A stretch of DNA of 64,000 nt from Sporopachydermia quercuum (lineage: Eukaryota): positions 62,001 to 126,000 of the forward strand of contig BCGN01000003.1 of NCBI GenBank assembly GCA_001599295.1, read 5' to 3'. The translations under genes and the position numbers were made by a program. Shown here one piece after another: positions 13,621 through 26,208 of this stretch (positions within the stretch are counted from its first letter, which is position 1; each line of letters begins with the position of its first letter). Under the pieces are notes generated by a model, which saw only the letters and a program-made list of their open reading frames with translations, was not told the origin of the DNA and made no database searches.

Positions 13621-13906
13621 CTATTCTAATAGATGATATATATGTGAATAATGCCTTATGAAATGTGAAGGTAAGCTTGGCTGACAAGAATGATGAACAA
13701 AGCATTTTCAAGCAGATGACCCTTGGTCAATCTACTGCACATATATTTACTGATGCTTATGAACCCAAAAGTAACTCTACAGCTCATATCTCTCATTGAA
13801 CAGCAGCTNTTCAATTTGACAAGCTCATATTCGCTGAACGTCTGCTCGCTTCCGGTCCTAATCCTCCTAATCTCCTAAAAATCATCCAAAAAACTTCCTA
13901 GTCCTC

Positions 13907-14872
13907 CTATAGTGGAGCATGACTAAACAAATACGAAACACTCTCACCATTATGCAACCTTCTAATAGCTTCAGCTAACGTAGGACTTATATCTATTCTC
14001 TCAAGAATATCAACACTTGCTACTGTGTCTGATAAAGGCAAAGTATTAGTAGTAACGATCTTCGTTAACCTGCTTTTCTTCAATTTCTCAACAGCATTGC
14101 CAGAAAAGATCCCATGGGTAACAATTGCAACAACGGACTTGGCTCCATGGTCTAGTAAAGTATCAGCAGCTTTGCATAGAGTACCACAAGTGTCAGCCAT
14201 ATCATCAATCAGAACGCAAGTTTGGTCTTTCACATCACCTACTAACACCATTTTTGATACCTCATTGGCTCTTTGACGTTCTTTATGAATCAAAGCAAAG
14301 TTCAAATCAAGGCGATCTGCTATTGAAGCAACTCTTTTTGCTCCGCCGGCATCTGGTGATACCAAAATTGTGTTTTTATAGTCTAAGTTCTCGGTGATAT
14401 ACCTTAGCACTGATGGCTCAGCATACAGGTTATCCACGGGGACCCTGAAAAAGCCTTGGATTTGAGAGGCATGCAGATCCATTGTGATGACATGGTCACA
14501 GCCAGCAGTTTGAATCAAATTAGCAACCAGCTTTGCTGTGATTGGTGCCCGCGATTTGTCTTTTTTGTCTTGTCGTGCGTATGGATAGCATGGTATCACG
14601 GCAGTTATACGTCTGGCAGAAGCAGTACGGCAAGCGCGAATCATAATCAAAAGTTCCATTAAAAAGTCGTTTATTTCATTTTCGCCACATCCGGTTTGGA
14701 TGATATAGACGTCTTCATCGCGAACAGATTCTGCTATTGTTACAGCAGTTTCTTGATTGGTGTATCTGAATACGCCTATTTTAGCTAGCTTGAGACCTAG
14801 CATGTCGGCTACTTTTTTCGCTAAAGCAGGATGCGAATTGCCTGCAAGAATCTTGATGGAATTCGTGCTCAT
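13907..14872 (-). CDS. PRS2: Ribose-phosphate pyrophosphokinase (Prs2/Prs4 type)
   Basis: [15 protein letters not shown]..., [21 protein letters not shown] and the PRPP-binding motif [12 protein letters not shown]. Confidence 0.95.
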   Translation of the reverse strand: MSTNSIKILAGNSHPALAKKVADMLGLKLAKIGVFRYTNQETAVTIAESVRDEDVYIIQTGCGENEINDFLMELLIMIRACRTASARRITAVIPCYPYARQDKKDKSRAPITAKLVANLIQTAGCDHVITMDLHASQIQGFFRVPVDNLYAEPSVLRYITENLDYKNTILVSPDAGGAKRVASIADRLDLNFALIHKERQRANEVSKMVLVGDVKDQTCVLIDDMADTCGTLCKAADTLLDHGAKSVVAIVTHGIFSGNAVEKLKKSRLTKIVTTNTLPLSDTVASVDILERIDISPTLAEAIRRLHNGESVSYLFSHAPL

Positions 14873-16287
14873 TTTGAGTGTGAAGGAAGATTTTCAGTGG
14901 CTGAGGTAGCAATGGGGTATTTGTTTAGCTAATAAAAACAGTAATTCTATAGAGAATGATTGGTTTGTGAAGCGGTGGTAGCGGGATGGTTGGATTCGGG
15001 TTTGAATAGACAGCTCAAAACAACGGTTTCAAGTCTGATAAAAGGCGGCTCATGCAAAATAGTAACGAGCATTCAACTGTGTGTGTTTCTCTGTATTTTC
15101 AGCTAAGAAAAATTTATTTATATATGAAGTTCTATCGTTGCTAATCAACAGAAAAGAATGAGAAGTCATTGCTGAGAAGATTGGCGATAATAGAAAACTT
15201 TTGAGGTTGAAGACTGGGAAGTTACATGTAGAAGATGAGAAAGAGGAAATTGTTGCTTCAAATGGAACTGTACATCATAGATGCGTCACTTTACTGGGGT
15301 TTTTATAAAGATAGTGCATGCACGTGCGTTGAATGGCAGAATGTCCGGAGAAGTGATTATGTGAACAGTTAAGACAATGCTGAGAGGATTGCACTGATAA
15401 GGGATAAGCAGAAAGCGAGCGTAATAGAGGGAAGATATATCTGAGGGAGAAAGAGAAGAAAGGGTATTTGGCAAATAAAAATAATTCTTGAATTTCGGAG
15501 TTGACTTTTGCAATAATATGACGGTTGATGCCTTGGTAGGTTGCTAGTTCAATGAAAAATTAGTATTATGAATTACGGAAATTATCTCTTATCTTTTGAA
15601 CATCCTATAACTTCCCATAATTTTTTTTCTTTTCTTTTNTTTCTCTTATCAATAGACCATGTCGAAGGATTGACTGCTTTGATGACCTGTACAATACAAA
15701 CCCTCTTACAGCAAAAACCATTTTCAGCTAAATTCTAAGAATTTTCTCTCTCTGCAAGATGTTCCCATCAAAATGATTATCTCACACTTAGCATATCCTT
15801 TCTTTCATCCTTTCTCTATAAGATCGCCAGTCACTCTCATCATCTCCGTTATCTCCCTTCTTCCCCTTTCGAGGGCGTCTCACGAGATTTGTAGTTATTG
15901 CAAAGTAGATTGTTGGCAACAAAACATCACTTGCTGCTCAATCTATGTATCGTTTCTATCAACTGTTTCTTCTGATTCTTATGTGCAATAGTGTCTTTAA
16001 GTTCCCGTTAATCAACAAAAGTTACCCAAGGATTCCAAGTGGATTCTACTGACTTTCTACTTTACTAAAGCTTGAATTTTGACGTTTTGATTACATAGAA
16101 AGTTTGAGCGCCTTTGAGCAACACAAGAGGCAAGGCAGGAGACCTGACTGATTTGATAGCTATCTGGTTGTTTACCATTCATGCTATGCGAAAGGAAAGA
16201 AGCTGTAGATCGAGTTTTATCAGAGAAGCTGTAATTTTTTAAATTTGAATTTAAAGGGAAAATACAGATATAGAGAAATCGGGGATA

Positions 16288-17423
16288 ATGGCTACTCCTC
16301 GTGCTATTAAAAGGGTATGTATAACACTGATAGTGGATTTACTTATTTGAGATAGAGAGCGATAGGTCTGTAGACGTTTTTAAGACATTGTTTGGTTTGA
16401 AAGATAAATAATTAGGTGTTGAGGAACCCCTTACTAACAGAAATCACAGCTCACTCGTGAGTATAAAGCTCTGGAAGAGAATCCTCCGCCATATATAATA
16501 GCACATCCTTCTGAATCTAATATCCTGAAGTATGTTGATATTTGCTGTTGTTATATAGNAAGATATGTTGAGGGTATCCAAATGCAAAATAAATCATGGA
16601 AATAGAGTTTGTTTCAATTATTGTGAATAATATGATTATATTTGCTACGGAATAGTTATAACTGAATATATTTAACATGCATTTTATTTGTCAGTTCACA
16701 TTATACTAACAGATCATTCTTAGATGGCACTATGTCATAACAGGACCTCCAGATACCCCATATGAAAATGGACAGTATCATGGCACATTAACATTTGCCC
16801 ATGATTATCCATTCAAGCCACCTTCCATAAGAATGATCACACCATCAGGAAGATTTGAACCAAACTTTAGACTATGTTTATCGATGTCAGACTATCATCC
16901 CAAATCATGGAACCCTACGTGGTCAGTGGCTACTATTCTCAACGGGCTATTGAGTTTCATGACCTCTAATGAAATGACCACCGGATCGATCACGACATCA
17001 ACTGATCGAAAAATATATTTAGCAAAGTTAAGTAAACACTGGAATGCCACAGATAATCCGGAGTTCATGAAAGAGTTTCCTGAGCTTGTCACTGAGTTTT
17101 GGAACCCCAAGCCATCCGCTACTACCATCAGCAGTAACAGCAATAACAACAATAATCAAAGTAGTCAAATCCCTTCAAGTGTGAAAAATACGCCGTCAGG
17201 AGTTCCCAAAATGCCAGCTTTTTCAACAGGGACGAATACCAACTCAGATCCCAGCAGTATTAAACAAAGGGCGACCCCTCTAGGTGAACCAATTCCAAAC
17301 AATGTAAATANAAGTAAAATAGGCACTGGGACAAATCACCAGACGAATCAGTCTAGTTGGTATGGTATAACAATTATACTCTTTTTCCTTCTGGCTTTAT
17401 CATATTTTGCAATGCTCAAGTAA
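16288..17423 (+). CDS. UBC6: ER-anchored ubiquitin-conjugating enzyme Ubc6; join(16288..16314,16450..16529,16724..17423)
   Basis: Spliced product MATPRAIKR|LTREYKALEENPPPYIIAHPSESNILK|WHYVITGPPDTPYENGQYHG...RLCLSMSDYHP with a C-terminal TM tail. Two GTATGT/TACTAAC/YAG introns. Confidence 0.93.
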
Positions 17424-17764
17424 TTGTATATCAAAAGGGAATTTAAGTAAGATAATAAACAATTAGATTAATTTCAAAGGTTTTGAAAAAATTGTAATCC
17501 TGGATAATCTATCTACAGTAATATTACATGCTTCAAGCTTTCATGTGTTTATGTGGCCTTAATATGTGCTGACAGAATTGCTGTATTTCTATAGGTACTA
17601 ATACTACTGATAGCGTTCAAATTAATTTTTCGTTATACAACTAACAACAAGCAGTGCTGTATCCTTTTTATTCCTCTGGTATTCCTGTGTGCCTCACACT
17701 TTGTTTAACTAACATATCCATTAATATAATACATATCCATCTCTCTGTAAGGGCTGTAACATCT

Positions 17765-18086
17765 TCATGCTGCTGCTGCGACTAGTGATGGATTGTTCTC
17801 TTCATACTCTTCTAAATCATCCTATATAAAGAATGTTAGTTAGTTTGATGCATAATCATTTGTTGGCTATCATACTATTTTTCTACCTATTTAAACAACA
17901 TACCTCTTCAAAAATCACTTGAATCATCAAACTGCAACTAGGACACACAGCAATATCCTCGCCATCTTTCAAATCCTCAAATGCTATCTGGAACTTATCC
18001 CCACATGGACAGGGATATGTGAACAACCCTGTGTCAGGATCGAATGTCATGTCTTCAATTTCCACTTGGTCATAAATTGATGCCAT
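17765..18086 (-). CDS. KTI11: Diphthamide biosynthesis / Elongator cofactor Kti11/Dph3 (CSL zinc finger), 79 aa; complement(join(17765..17821,17904..18086))
   Basis: YPCPCGDKF...CPSCSL. GTATGT donor at 17903, AACTAAC branch, TAG acceptor at 17822. Exon 2 encodes [18 protein letters not shown]. Confidence 0.93.
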
Positions 18087-18374
18087 TGTTATGTTATATT
18101 CTCTGCTGCTGTAACTGACTTTCGGCCGGTCTTATGTAGATAGTTTGTGATGGCGCAAGCGTTGATACTACTACTTGTCTGTGCTACTGTCAATACCAAA
18201 TGCGGTTCAAGCTAAGCTGTCTATACTTTCAATAGTGCCGACTATTTGTTCAAGGAGCTCTAATGCTAAATAAAATGCAGTTGATCCTATGCAAATCATC
18301 CAATAAGCATCAGCATCGTTTAGTTGAACTAATCCTTTAATCAATATGCCATATAAATCAGCTTTCGGGCAAAA

Positions 18375-18450
18375 TGAAAATTTCCAGAAAAATGACACTG
18401 ATACCATTCACGTGATAATAATGTATCTAAGCCCTTTATTGATTCACGTG
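18375..18450. promoter_or_regulatory. KTI11/RPS8 divergent promoter: RRPE-like TGAAAATTT and two TCACGTG (Cbf1-type E-box) sites
   Basis: TGAAAATTT at 18375-18383, TCACGTGA at 18408-18415, TCACGTG at 18444-18450. Confidence 0.55.
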
Positions 18451-18770
18451 TTGTACACGTTAAATAGTCTCGAGATTTTGGACGTAGTTATAGACATGTG
18501 TATTTTTCATCACTAACATTTTGGGAAAAAGTCATCTTCAGGTTAGTTACACATAAAAATTACACATCTGCAAAGAGCCAAACAACGCACTAAGCAAGAC
18601 TGACAGAGGAGTACTCACACGGTAATCCACCCAAGCTGGAATATCTAATATCTACTTCTCCATTGATATTGTACTTTTGCTATAACAAATATATTCAATA
18701 CACCTGTCAAATACCATATTCAGATATCAGTGGTTCAACGACGTTCAACTAAACGACTAGAATCAGAATT

Positions 18771-19142
18771 GTAAGTGGAAGATTTAATAATTATTGGTAG
18801 TCATGAGATTCAAGAACCAGAAAGGAGATGAAAATTTATGAACAGGAAGCGATTTGGAAAGGTCAAAAAGTCAATCAAGGCCATCATCAATCAGAGGTGA
18901 TCAACGCTCAGTTAACATCACATCAAAGAGTATAGTTAATAATACTGAAAGAGCTACGTTTGCCAGAATTTCGTCAGCTACTTGTAAGGAAAAGTTTACC
19001 ATATTGCTTGAGCCTACAGCATCTTGTTAATCCAATACTATATATAAGCAGATTAGCATTTCGATAAATTTCTCTACTCTTGACATTCAATGAATACGAT
19101 GGTTGCAATAGTTTTTCCTACTAATTACTAACAAATATATAG
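18771..19142 (+). other. 5'-UTR intron of RPS8
   Basis: GTAAGT at 18771, TACTAAC at 19126-19132, TAG at 19140-19142, 8 nt before the ATG. RPS8 5'-UTR introns are known in S. cerevisiae. Confidence 0.75.
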
Positions 19143-19150
19143 AATTCAAG

Positions 19151-19753
19151 ATGGGTATTTCCAGAGACTCCCGCCACAAGCGTTCACACACAGGTGCCAA
19201 GCGTGCCGACTACAGAAAGAAGAGAAAGTTCGAGTTGGGCCGTCAACCCGCCAACACTCGTATCGGTGCCAAGAGAATCCACTCTGTGCGAACCAGAGGT
19301 GGTAACCAAAAGTTCAGAGCTCTCCGTGTTGAAGCCGGTAACTTTTCTTGGGGATCTGAAGGTGTTTCCAGAAAGACCCGTATTGTCAGAGTCTCTTACC
19401 ACCCTTCCAATAACGAACTTGTCAGAACCAACACTTTGACCAAGTCCGCTGTTGTTCAAATTGATGCTGCTCCTTTCAGACAATGGTACGAAACTCATTA
19501 CGGAATTGTTTTAGGTAAGAAGAAGAACGACCCTGCTGGTGAACAAGTGAAGAAGTCTTCTAGCGTCCAAAAGAAGTTGGCTGCTAGAGCTGCCACTGGT
19601 AAGGTTGAACACTCTTTGGAATCTCAATTCTCCGCTGGTAGACTTTACGCTGTTATCTCTTCCAGACCTGGTCAATCCGGCCGTTGTGATGGTTACATTT
19701 TGGAAGGTGAAGAACTTGCTTTCTATCTCAGAAGAATGACCGCTAAGAAATAA
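19151..19753 (+). CDS. RPS8: 40S ribosomal protein eS8
   Basis: [18 protein letters not shown]...[17 protein letters not shown], with strong codon bias. Confidence 0.98.
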   Translation: MGISRDSRHKRSHTGAKRADYRKKRKFELGRQPANTRIGAKRIHSVRTRGGNQKFRALRVEAGNFSWGSEGVSRKTRIVRVSYHPSNNELVRTNTLTKSAVVQIDAAPFRQWYETHYGIVLGKKKNDPAGEQVKKSSSVQKKLAARAATGKVEHSLESQFSAGRLYAVISSRPGQSGRCDGYILEGEELAFYLRRMTAKK

Positions 19754-21509
19754 TGGTAATGGAATCATAATACATTATTTTCTTATATATACAACTTCCA
19801 AAAATTATAATCAGTAATTGCACTTTTGAAGTCATTTCCGTAGATATGCAACCGCTTCGTAGGAAACTTTGAACCGAGTTTAACTATGTATGGGGATCAA
19901 GTTGATTAAATATATATTGTGATGGATGTTCTATAATGCTTGACATTTTGTTAGAACACGATTCTCACTGTACTAGTAATGTGAATACTAATTTCACTGA
20001 GTCTACAAGTTATGAATAAATGAAACTATATGTATATAAATCACGATGTTTATCGAGCGTATAGCATTCAAGCTAGAGAAAAGGCCTACGATACAATCAA
20101 GAATAGGGATTGATTACTTGACTCATCAACCAGTTCGATATATCCGTCTATATCAATGTTAGGAACTTGTTACGAATCACAAAATAGACAGTAATCTCCA
20201 ACAAATAAATCAGAAAAGGCAATATTAGTATCCTCATTAAAATCAGTACAGGTCTGTGAGAATATTTTCTTTCATCATTATACATTTAGTTGGAGACCTA
20301 GCGAACGCATCTGATCAAACATACCTCTTGAACTGTGTTTAGAAAGCATTGGTTCAATATACAGTTCTTTCTACTATATTTTGCTACCGAAAATATTGAT
20401 ATTAACTGAGCTGAACCAATAAACGGAAAAAATAGGCCTAATTGCATTTCATAATCCTTTTCTTTTAGAATTCAGCCAAAGGAAGACCGTATCTGTAGAA
20501 TAATCTTCTTCACTTCTCAAGGCGATATGAAGTTTTTCACTTTAGGAGAAAAGAGTTGGATATTTCAGCATGTGTAAATTTCATCCTATATCTTTCTCCG
20601 CTTGATTATGTAATCTGAAACTGGAGCTCTATTGAAATCGGCCCCTCGGTGATTGAGTGGCTTCCCGAGAAGAAAGTACGAGCAGACTTGTTGATAGAAT
20701 AAGTAGATTTTCCTGCAAACAACGTGCATGAGCACATTATAGTACTGGATATTGTTAAGGAAACAAATTTGGAATGGCAGAAAACCAGTTAGATCTATAA
20801 GGTCTTCATGGCAACAGGTTTGAAAGAAATCATGCTTGGAGTGAGCTCAAATTCACATTATTTGATTCATATGACTTAGTTGGAATGTTTGTAATATGCT
20901 AGTTCCAGCGCGGCGTCTCTGAATTCTTGGTCTATAGAGTTACTTTTTTCAAACAAAAAACCATTAAACTCATTACACTCATTATAGTTCCTTTGGAGGT
21001 AATCTCAATACCTGTTTTCATATCATGGTCATACTTCTTACCTCATTTGATATCATGCTTATCCATTTATAGCGTTACCATATAGCTACGGGACATTGTC
21101 TTTCATGGTTTACGATGACTACCATATAGTTATGCAAACGAAGCTTACCTGTCTATTTTTTGAGATGCGTTTGATTATGTCTGATAAGCACGTACAATTT
21201 ACACTATATGTTTCATCAGATATATTTAGGCCAATAAAAAATAATAATGATAATAAATAATACAATGTTAATGATATCAAATAATATTGATAATAATAAT
21301 ACCCTTAAAGCACTTACTTCAACTCCTCAAAAGTTGGAATTCTAGACAGCTAAAGCAAATGCAAACATAATACGGATAGAGTAAAAGACGCGTCTAGCTA
21401 CGCGTTCAGGTACATCTGTTGAAAGTACTAAATGCATGATATATACGTATAGAATATTGAAAATATGCTAATTCAACAATTCAAAACTATTAAAAGAACT
21501 CCAAAAATC

Positions 21510-21567
21510 AAAAAAAAAAAAAAATAAAAAATAAAAAATAAAAAATAAAAAATAAAAAATAAAAAAA
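21510..21567. repeat. poly(A)/(AAAAAAT)n tract
   Basis: A-run followed by repeated TAAAAAA units. Confidence 0.9.
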
Positions 21568-23934
21568 ACATTATTCAATGGCACAATTTTTGAACTGAAC
21601 ACTGCTGAAGGGCTCTATTTCCCGTGGCACTTCAGGATTCATCACTCATTCGTTAATTGAAACAGCACTGAANTACAGGGTTCATTCAAACCAAGAATCG
21701 GATGGCATGAGTAACTTCCTCTTTTGTAGTCAGGTTCAAGTTGATTACCTATATTCAAAAGCATCTTGCGACATTATAAGCTCTAGAAACCAATATTTGA
21801 AACTGTTTCGCTTGTATTTTTGATTCTGCCTGCAACCAATATCTCATTCTAATTCCAATTGTCTCCTCATAGTCTTGTGAAAATTATAATTGTGTGTTTT
21901 TGTATAGCCTAATTGGGAAAGAACAATAAGGTTAATGTTTAAAGTTTTAAGGTTTCACACTTTGTTTGTTCTCGACTGCTCTTGTTTCAAGTAACCTTAA
22001 AAAGGCGTTCAGTCAAAATGTAACAAAATGGATGAGAAATATCAGTTGGTTTGAGATTGGGAAACATTAGAAGAAAGAAAGTGATAAACATGTGCTTGTA
22101 AGTTTTACGATAAAACCGTTATGATTGTGGAAAAAACTCTTATTATTGGCGTTGGATGTGGGTCTTTGTGAATCAGAGGAATCTTTTTTTATGTAACTNT
22201 ACCTTTAAAGTGTTTTGCGTTATAATGAGTATTTTCAATTATAGTAAAATATAGTAGAAAAGTGTTTATTAATTCAAAAGAAACTGACAAAATTGTATAA
22301 TCATGTAGTTACAAAATCATGAGTATCACAATTGCTAGTTTGAGTTGAGATTTACAAGTTTGCTCTAGCAGAAACAACATTGCTTCGAGGTACTTCTCCA
22401 CTTAGAGCCTTAATCTAATGTTATTCTTTCTATTCTATCCTATCGTTTGTCTCTATCATGACTTAGCTTGTGTTTTGTACTTAAGACGAGCACATTTTCT
22501 GGGATTTTCATTCCAACTACCGATATTATAATCGAGGCATCCTCAATTGGTTATCGCTTTGTAGTCCATTCCCTAAAACGGCACCAAGTAGTGTCGATAG
22601 AATTCACTTACTGTCAGCCCTACCTGTATCTCATACAAGAGTATCTGACTATTGTTCTACGACCAGCTCGAAATTTAAGTCCCAAATCAGCTTCCTTGAT
22701 CCAGCGTACGGGCTGGTGCCTTCGTCTTAACAAAAAAACATGTCAAAAATATAGTCAGATCAAAGAATAAACAAGACTGAAAGCTTCTCCCAATTCTAAT
22801 CAAAACTACCAGCGAAAAATACTCGTTAAAGTTTTCACTATTCTCTTAAACTTTCTACTTCTGTAACGGTATCCTCCAAAAGCATAAACAAGGTTTAACC
22901 TCATACCACAACAGAATACCAACTTTAACTAATACCTCGAGGATATTCCAAGCTTTAAGCCAGGTTATGGGAAGATGCATTTACACTGTAATAATTATTT
23001 TTTTCATNAAAGGAGATCGACAATATTGGCGTAGGCAGTGAAAAAAGGACCAGGTACATACAAACTGTGATGCAGAAGGCAAAACAGAGATGTAAAACAC
23101 CAACAACCATGTCTTGAAGGATGTGCACTTCATTAACGAGCATTATGAGTTCAATAGACGCCTAAGCTTGCCAATAACCCAGAGAAAAGGCGGGTAGGGT
23201 TTCATCACTAGCANGGATAAAAAGACTAAAGAACTAAAACCGAATGGTGAATTGACGTTATTACGTCAATTGCCAGCATCCTATATTACATACAAACTGG
23301 GAAGGATCANTCAATTAGCGTATTCTCTAACTGTTCTGCGTTCCAATGAAGCCTTGCCTTTTGAACTTATGAATCTATATGCATAAGTGGGACAACTCCG
23401 CAAATTAACCTCATTCTTTTCTCTATTATCTTTAATTCACTATACGATAGTTTTGCAATCGTTGTATTATTTTTTACTGCATACAAGCGTAAATAATCAT
23501 TCTAGGTTACCTCTAATCAAGTGGTTTCTTGATATAAAGTTAAACTACTTCCCTTTATTCAGACTTAAAGCGTAACCTAATTACAAATAAGGTATAAAAA
23601 CATCCAACTTAGGAACAGCCTTGAACTGAAAAATTCTCATCTGATTGCTTGCAATGTTTTGATTACTGTAATGCCTTGCAAACTTTATATTATAGCCAAA
23701 ATGAAGTNAAACAATAAACAAACTCTTCGGAAGGGATCAAAGTCTCAAAGAATGGAAGAAATTCTATATAAAGATCGCTAACCCCCAAGTTGGAGATTCT
23801 TTTATTCATTCTTATTCTCTTATTGTCACTTTCTTTTATATCTTACATCAATCAACAAACATTATCTATCAGATACCCAAGAATTCCAACTTCTAGTCTT
23901 TCGCTCACGAACAATAAAAAAATATATATTCAAA

Positions 23935-24273
23935 ATGGTTTCCAAGATTGTTTTAGGATTAGCTGCCCTTGCCGGTGCCGCTGCTGCTGCTGATTACGCT
24001 AACACTACTGTGTCAGCTTTCTCTACTTCTACTGTCACCTACACCTCCACTCACTGTGAAGAAGATAAGTGTGCAGTTACCACTGTCACAACCACCTATT
24101 GCCCTGAAGAGACTACCACTGGTTACAACAAGACCTCTGGTGTCCCACCTTCTCCAGAAACCAAGACCGAATCTACTGCCACTATCACGAAGACTTTCGA
24201 AGGTGGTGCTGAAAAGATGGTCTTCCAAGCTGGTTTGGCTGTTGCCGCCGGTGCCGTTGCCATGCTCATCTAA
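23935..24273 (+). CDS. Small GPI-anchored cell-wall mannoprotein (Ccw12/Pga59-like, flocculin type-3 Cys motif)
   Basis: Signal peptide, Thr-rich body, THCEEDKC...TTYCP motif, hydrophobic C-terminal GPI signal (FEGGA...LAVAAGAVAMLI), highly biased codons and TATATAAA near 23765. Confidence 0.85.
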   Translation: MVSKIVLGLAALAGAAAAADYANTTVSAFSTSTVTYTSTHCEEDKCAVTTVTTTYCPEETTTGYNKTSGVPPSPETKTESTATITKTFEGGAEKMVFQAGLAVAAGAVAMLI

Positions 24274-25473
24274 ATCTGAAAATGGTCGGGAAGTTGTATC
24301 TGAGATACTGTTAGCATTTCTTTTCTAAAGTATTTTTCTAAAATGAATACTTAGTTTGTACATTAATATATCATTAGAATTACATGCTTAAAATTGTAGG
24401 GAACCTAGTTAAATGTTTAGTGAGGGATAATTGAATCGTGCACTGTTAGATTTTAAAGGATTTGTGTGGTTGGATGTATTGTGAGGTTTTGTGAGATCGA
24501 TTACGTATATAGCTCCCTAGGTCAATTTGGATTTTGATCTCTTATTCATACTACAATAGTACTCGCTTGACTCGTTCTTCGACCTAATTTCAATTATATT
24601 CTAATGTTCTTTTACTCGTACTGACATCATAGCAGACTAATAAATTGATCTATTTACTGCCTTAGGCACCCCGCAGTTTTTTTCCATCAGCAACCAATTA
24701 TAAGACTTTAATTGTAAGCAATGAATGTAGAGTTAAAGTTTGTGCTATCCTTTCAGGGTCTAAACATTAGAAGTACGGGTGTATATATTCAGACCATCCC
24801 GCTCTTGCAACTGACCAGTGACGGGGTCTATAATCATAGAGCAAAATTATTCAAATGGCTGACCAATTCTCCGACTCGGGTTATAGACTCTTATAGAAGG
24901 GTCTACCAACATTATTAAGCATCATTTCCTACGTTTTCACAGGCCAACTCTTTTACATGGACTTTTACCCACAACTGCTTCATTCCTAAGTGGTACAGGG
25001 AAAATGCGGGATGGCACTTTACTTCTTATATATAACGAAGATAGATCACGAAGGACAGAAAGAAGATTAATGAGATAGGTACTAAGGAACCATGATTTTT
25101 GAATTGAATAATCAAACATTGGAACGTGGAAAATAATTGATTAAGAAGAGTGATTCAATTGATATTTGAAACTCCTTAGTATTACATAACATAACTGATT
25201 GGACTGTGTGACGCACTGTCCATCCACTTGGTATTATTCTCAATTAGATTATCACAAACAGTAAAACATTTGATACTTTGACTGAAAGTAGAACAAAACG
25301 TAACAAAGCAAAGCAAGTTCAAGAAACTAGGAAAGACAGCCTTTGCCACAGAAAGAATTGTTCACTTCACTTCAAGTGATAGATTACTTTCATCAGCCAA
25401 GAAGGCGTACTATATACATAGATATAAACAATACACAACATACACAACATATACAACATATTTACAATTCAAA

Positions 25474-26208
25474 ATGTTGGTGCAGAATACAAGATCATTT
25501 CTACAACCAAGGACGTGCATCCGATGTTTGTCCACAAGTCCTTTGAAGACTAGTACCAACCGATCTAAAAGATTCCTTCAGACGGTGCAGAGCTCAAGTC
25601 CTATTCCTGTGGAGTCAACCATACCATTGAACTTTTCATCATCTATAACATCATCTACTAAGAGCAAAGCAGAACCACAACCATGGGCTAAACACTCACT
25701 ACCATTAGCAACCTTCGGGAGAAAATCAACACCATTGGGTGGGAAGTCTTTGAAACCTGAACCTCTACCTAAGAGTACACTCCCACCTTCTCCGCTACCA
25801 TCCAAAGCTATACCATCTCCAACTACCAATCCTACGACGTCCGCAGCACCAGCTAAGAAACCACGACGGAAATTACGTCCTAGAAAGGCTGTTATCACAT
25901 TAACACCTGCTGCTATCTCACATTTAAAAGCACTTCTTGATTCTCCAGAACCAAAGATGATTCGAATTGGAGTGAAGAATAAAGGTTGTTCTGGATTAGC
26001 GTATGATTTGGAGTATGTTACTAAACCGGGCAAATTCGATGAAGAAGTCGTTCAAGATGGCGTCAAAGTGTTAGTTGACTCTAAGGCTTTATTCACTATC
26101 ATTGGAAGCTCAATGGACTGGGTTGAAGATAAATTAAGCGCTAAGTTTGTTTTCAGCAACCCAAATTCTAAAGGAAGCTGTGGATGTGGTGAAAGCTTTA
26201 TGGTGTAA
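25474..26208 (+). CDS. ISA1: Mitochondrial A-type Fe-S cluster assembly protein
   Basis: Presequence-like N-terminus, GVKNKGCSGLAY and C-terminal NPNSKGSCGCGESF. Confidence 0.92.
   Translation: MLVQNTRSFLQPRTCIRCLSTSPLKTSTNRSKRFLQTVQSSSPIPVESTIPLNFSSSITSSTKSKAEPQPWAKHSLPLATFGRKSTPLGGKSLKPEPLPKSTLPPSPLPSKAIPSPTTNPTTSAAPAKKPRRKLRPRKAVITLTPAAISHLKALLDSPEPKMIRIGVKNKGCSGLAYDLEYVTKPGKFDEEVVQDGVKVLVDSKALFTIIGSSMDWVEDKLSAKFVFSNPNSKGSCGCGESFMV

Noticed and set aside
18771..19142. Intronic snoRNA in the RPS8 5'-UTR intron
   Set aside because: I could not identify convincing C/D or H/ACA boxes by eye.
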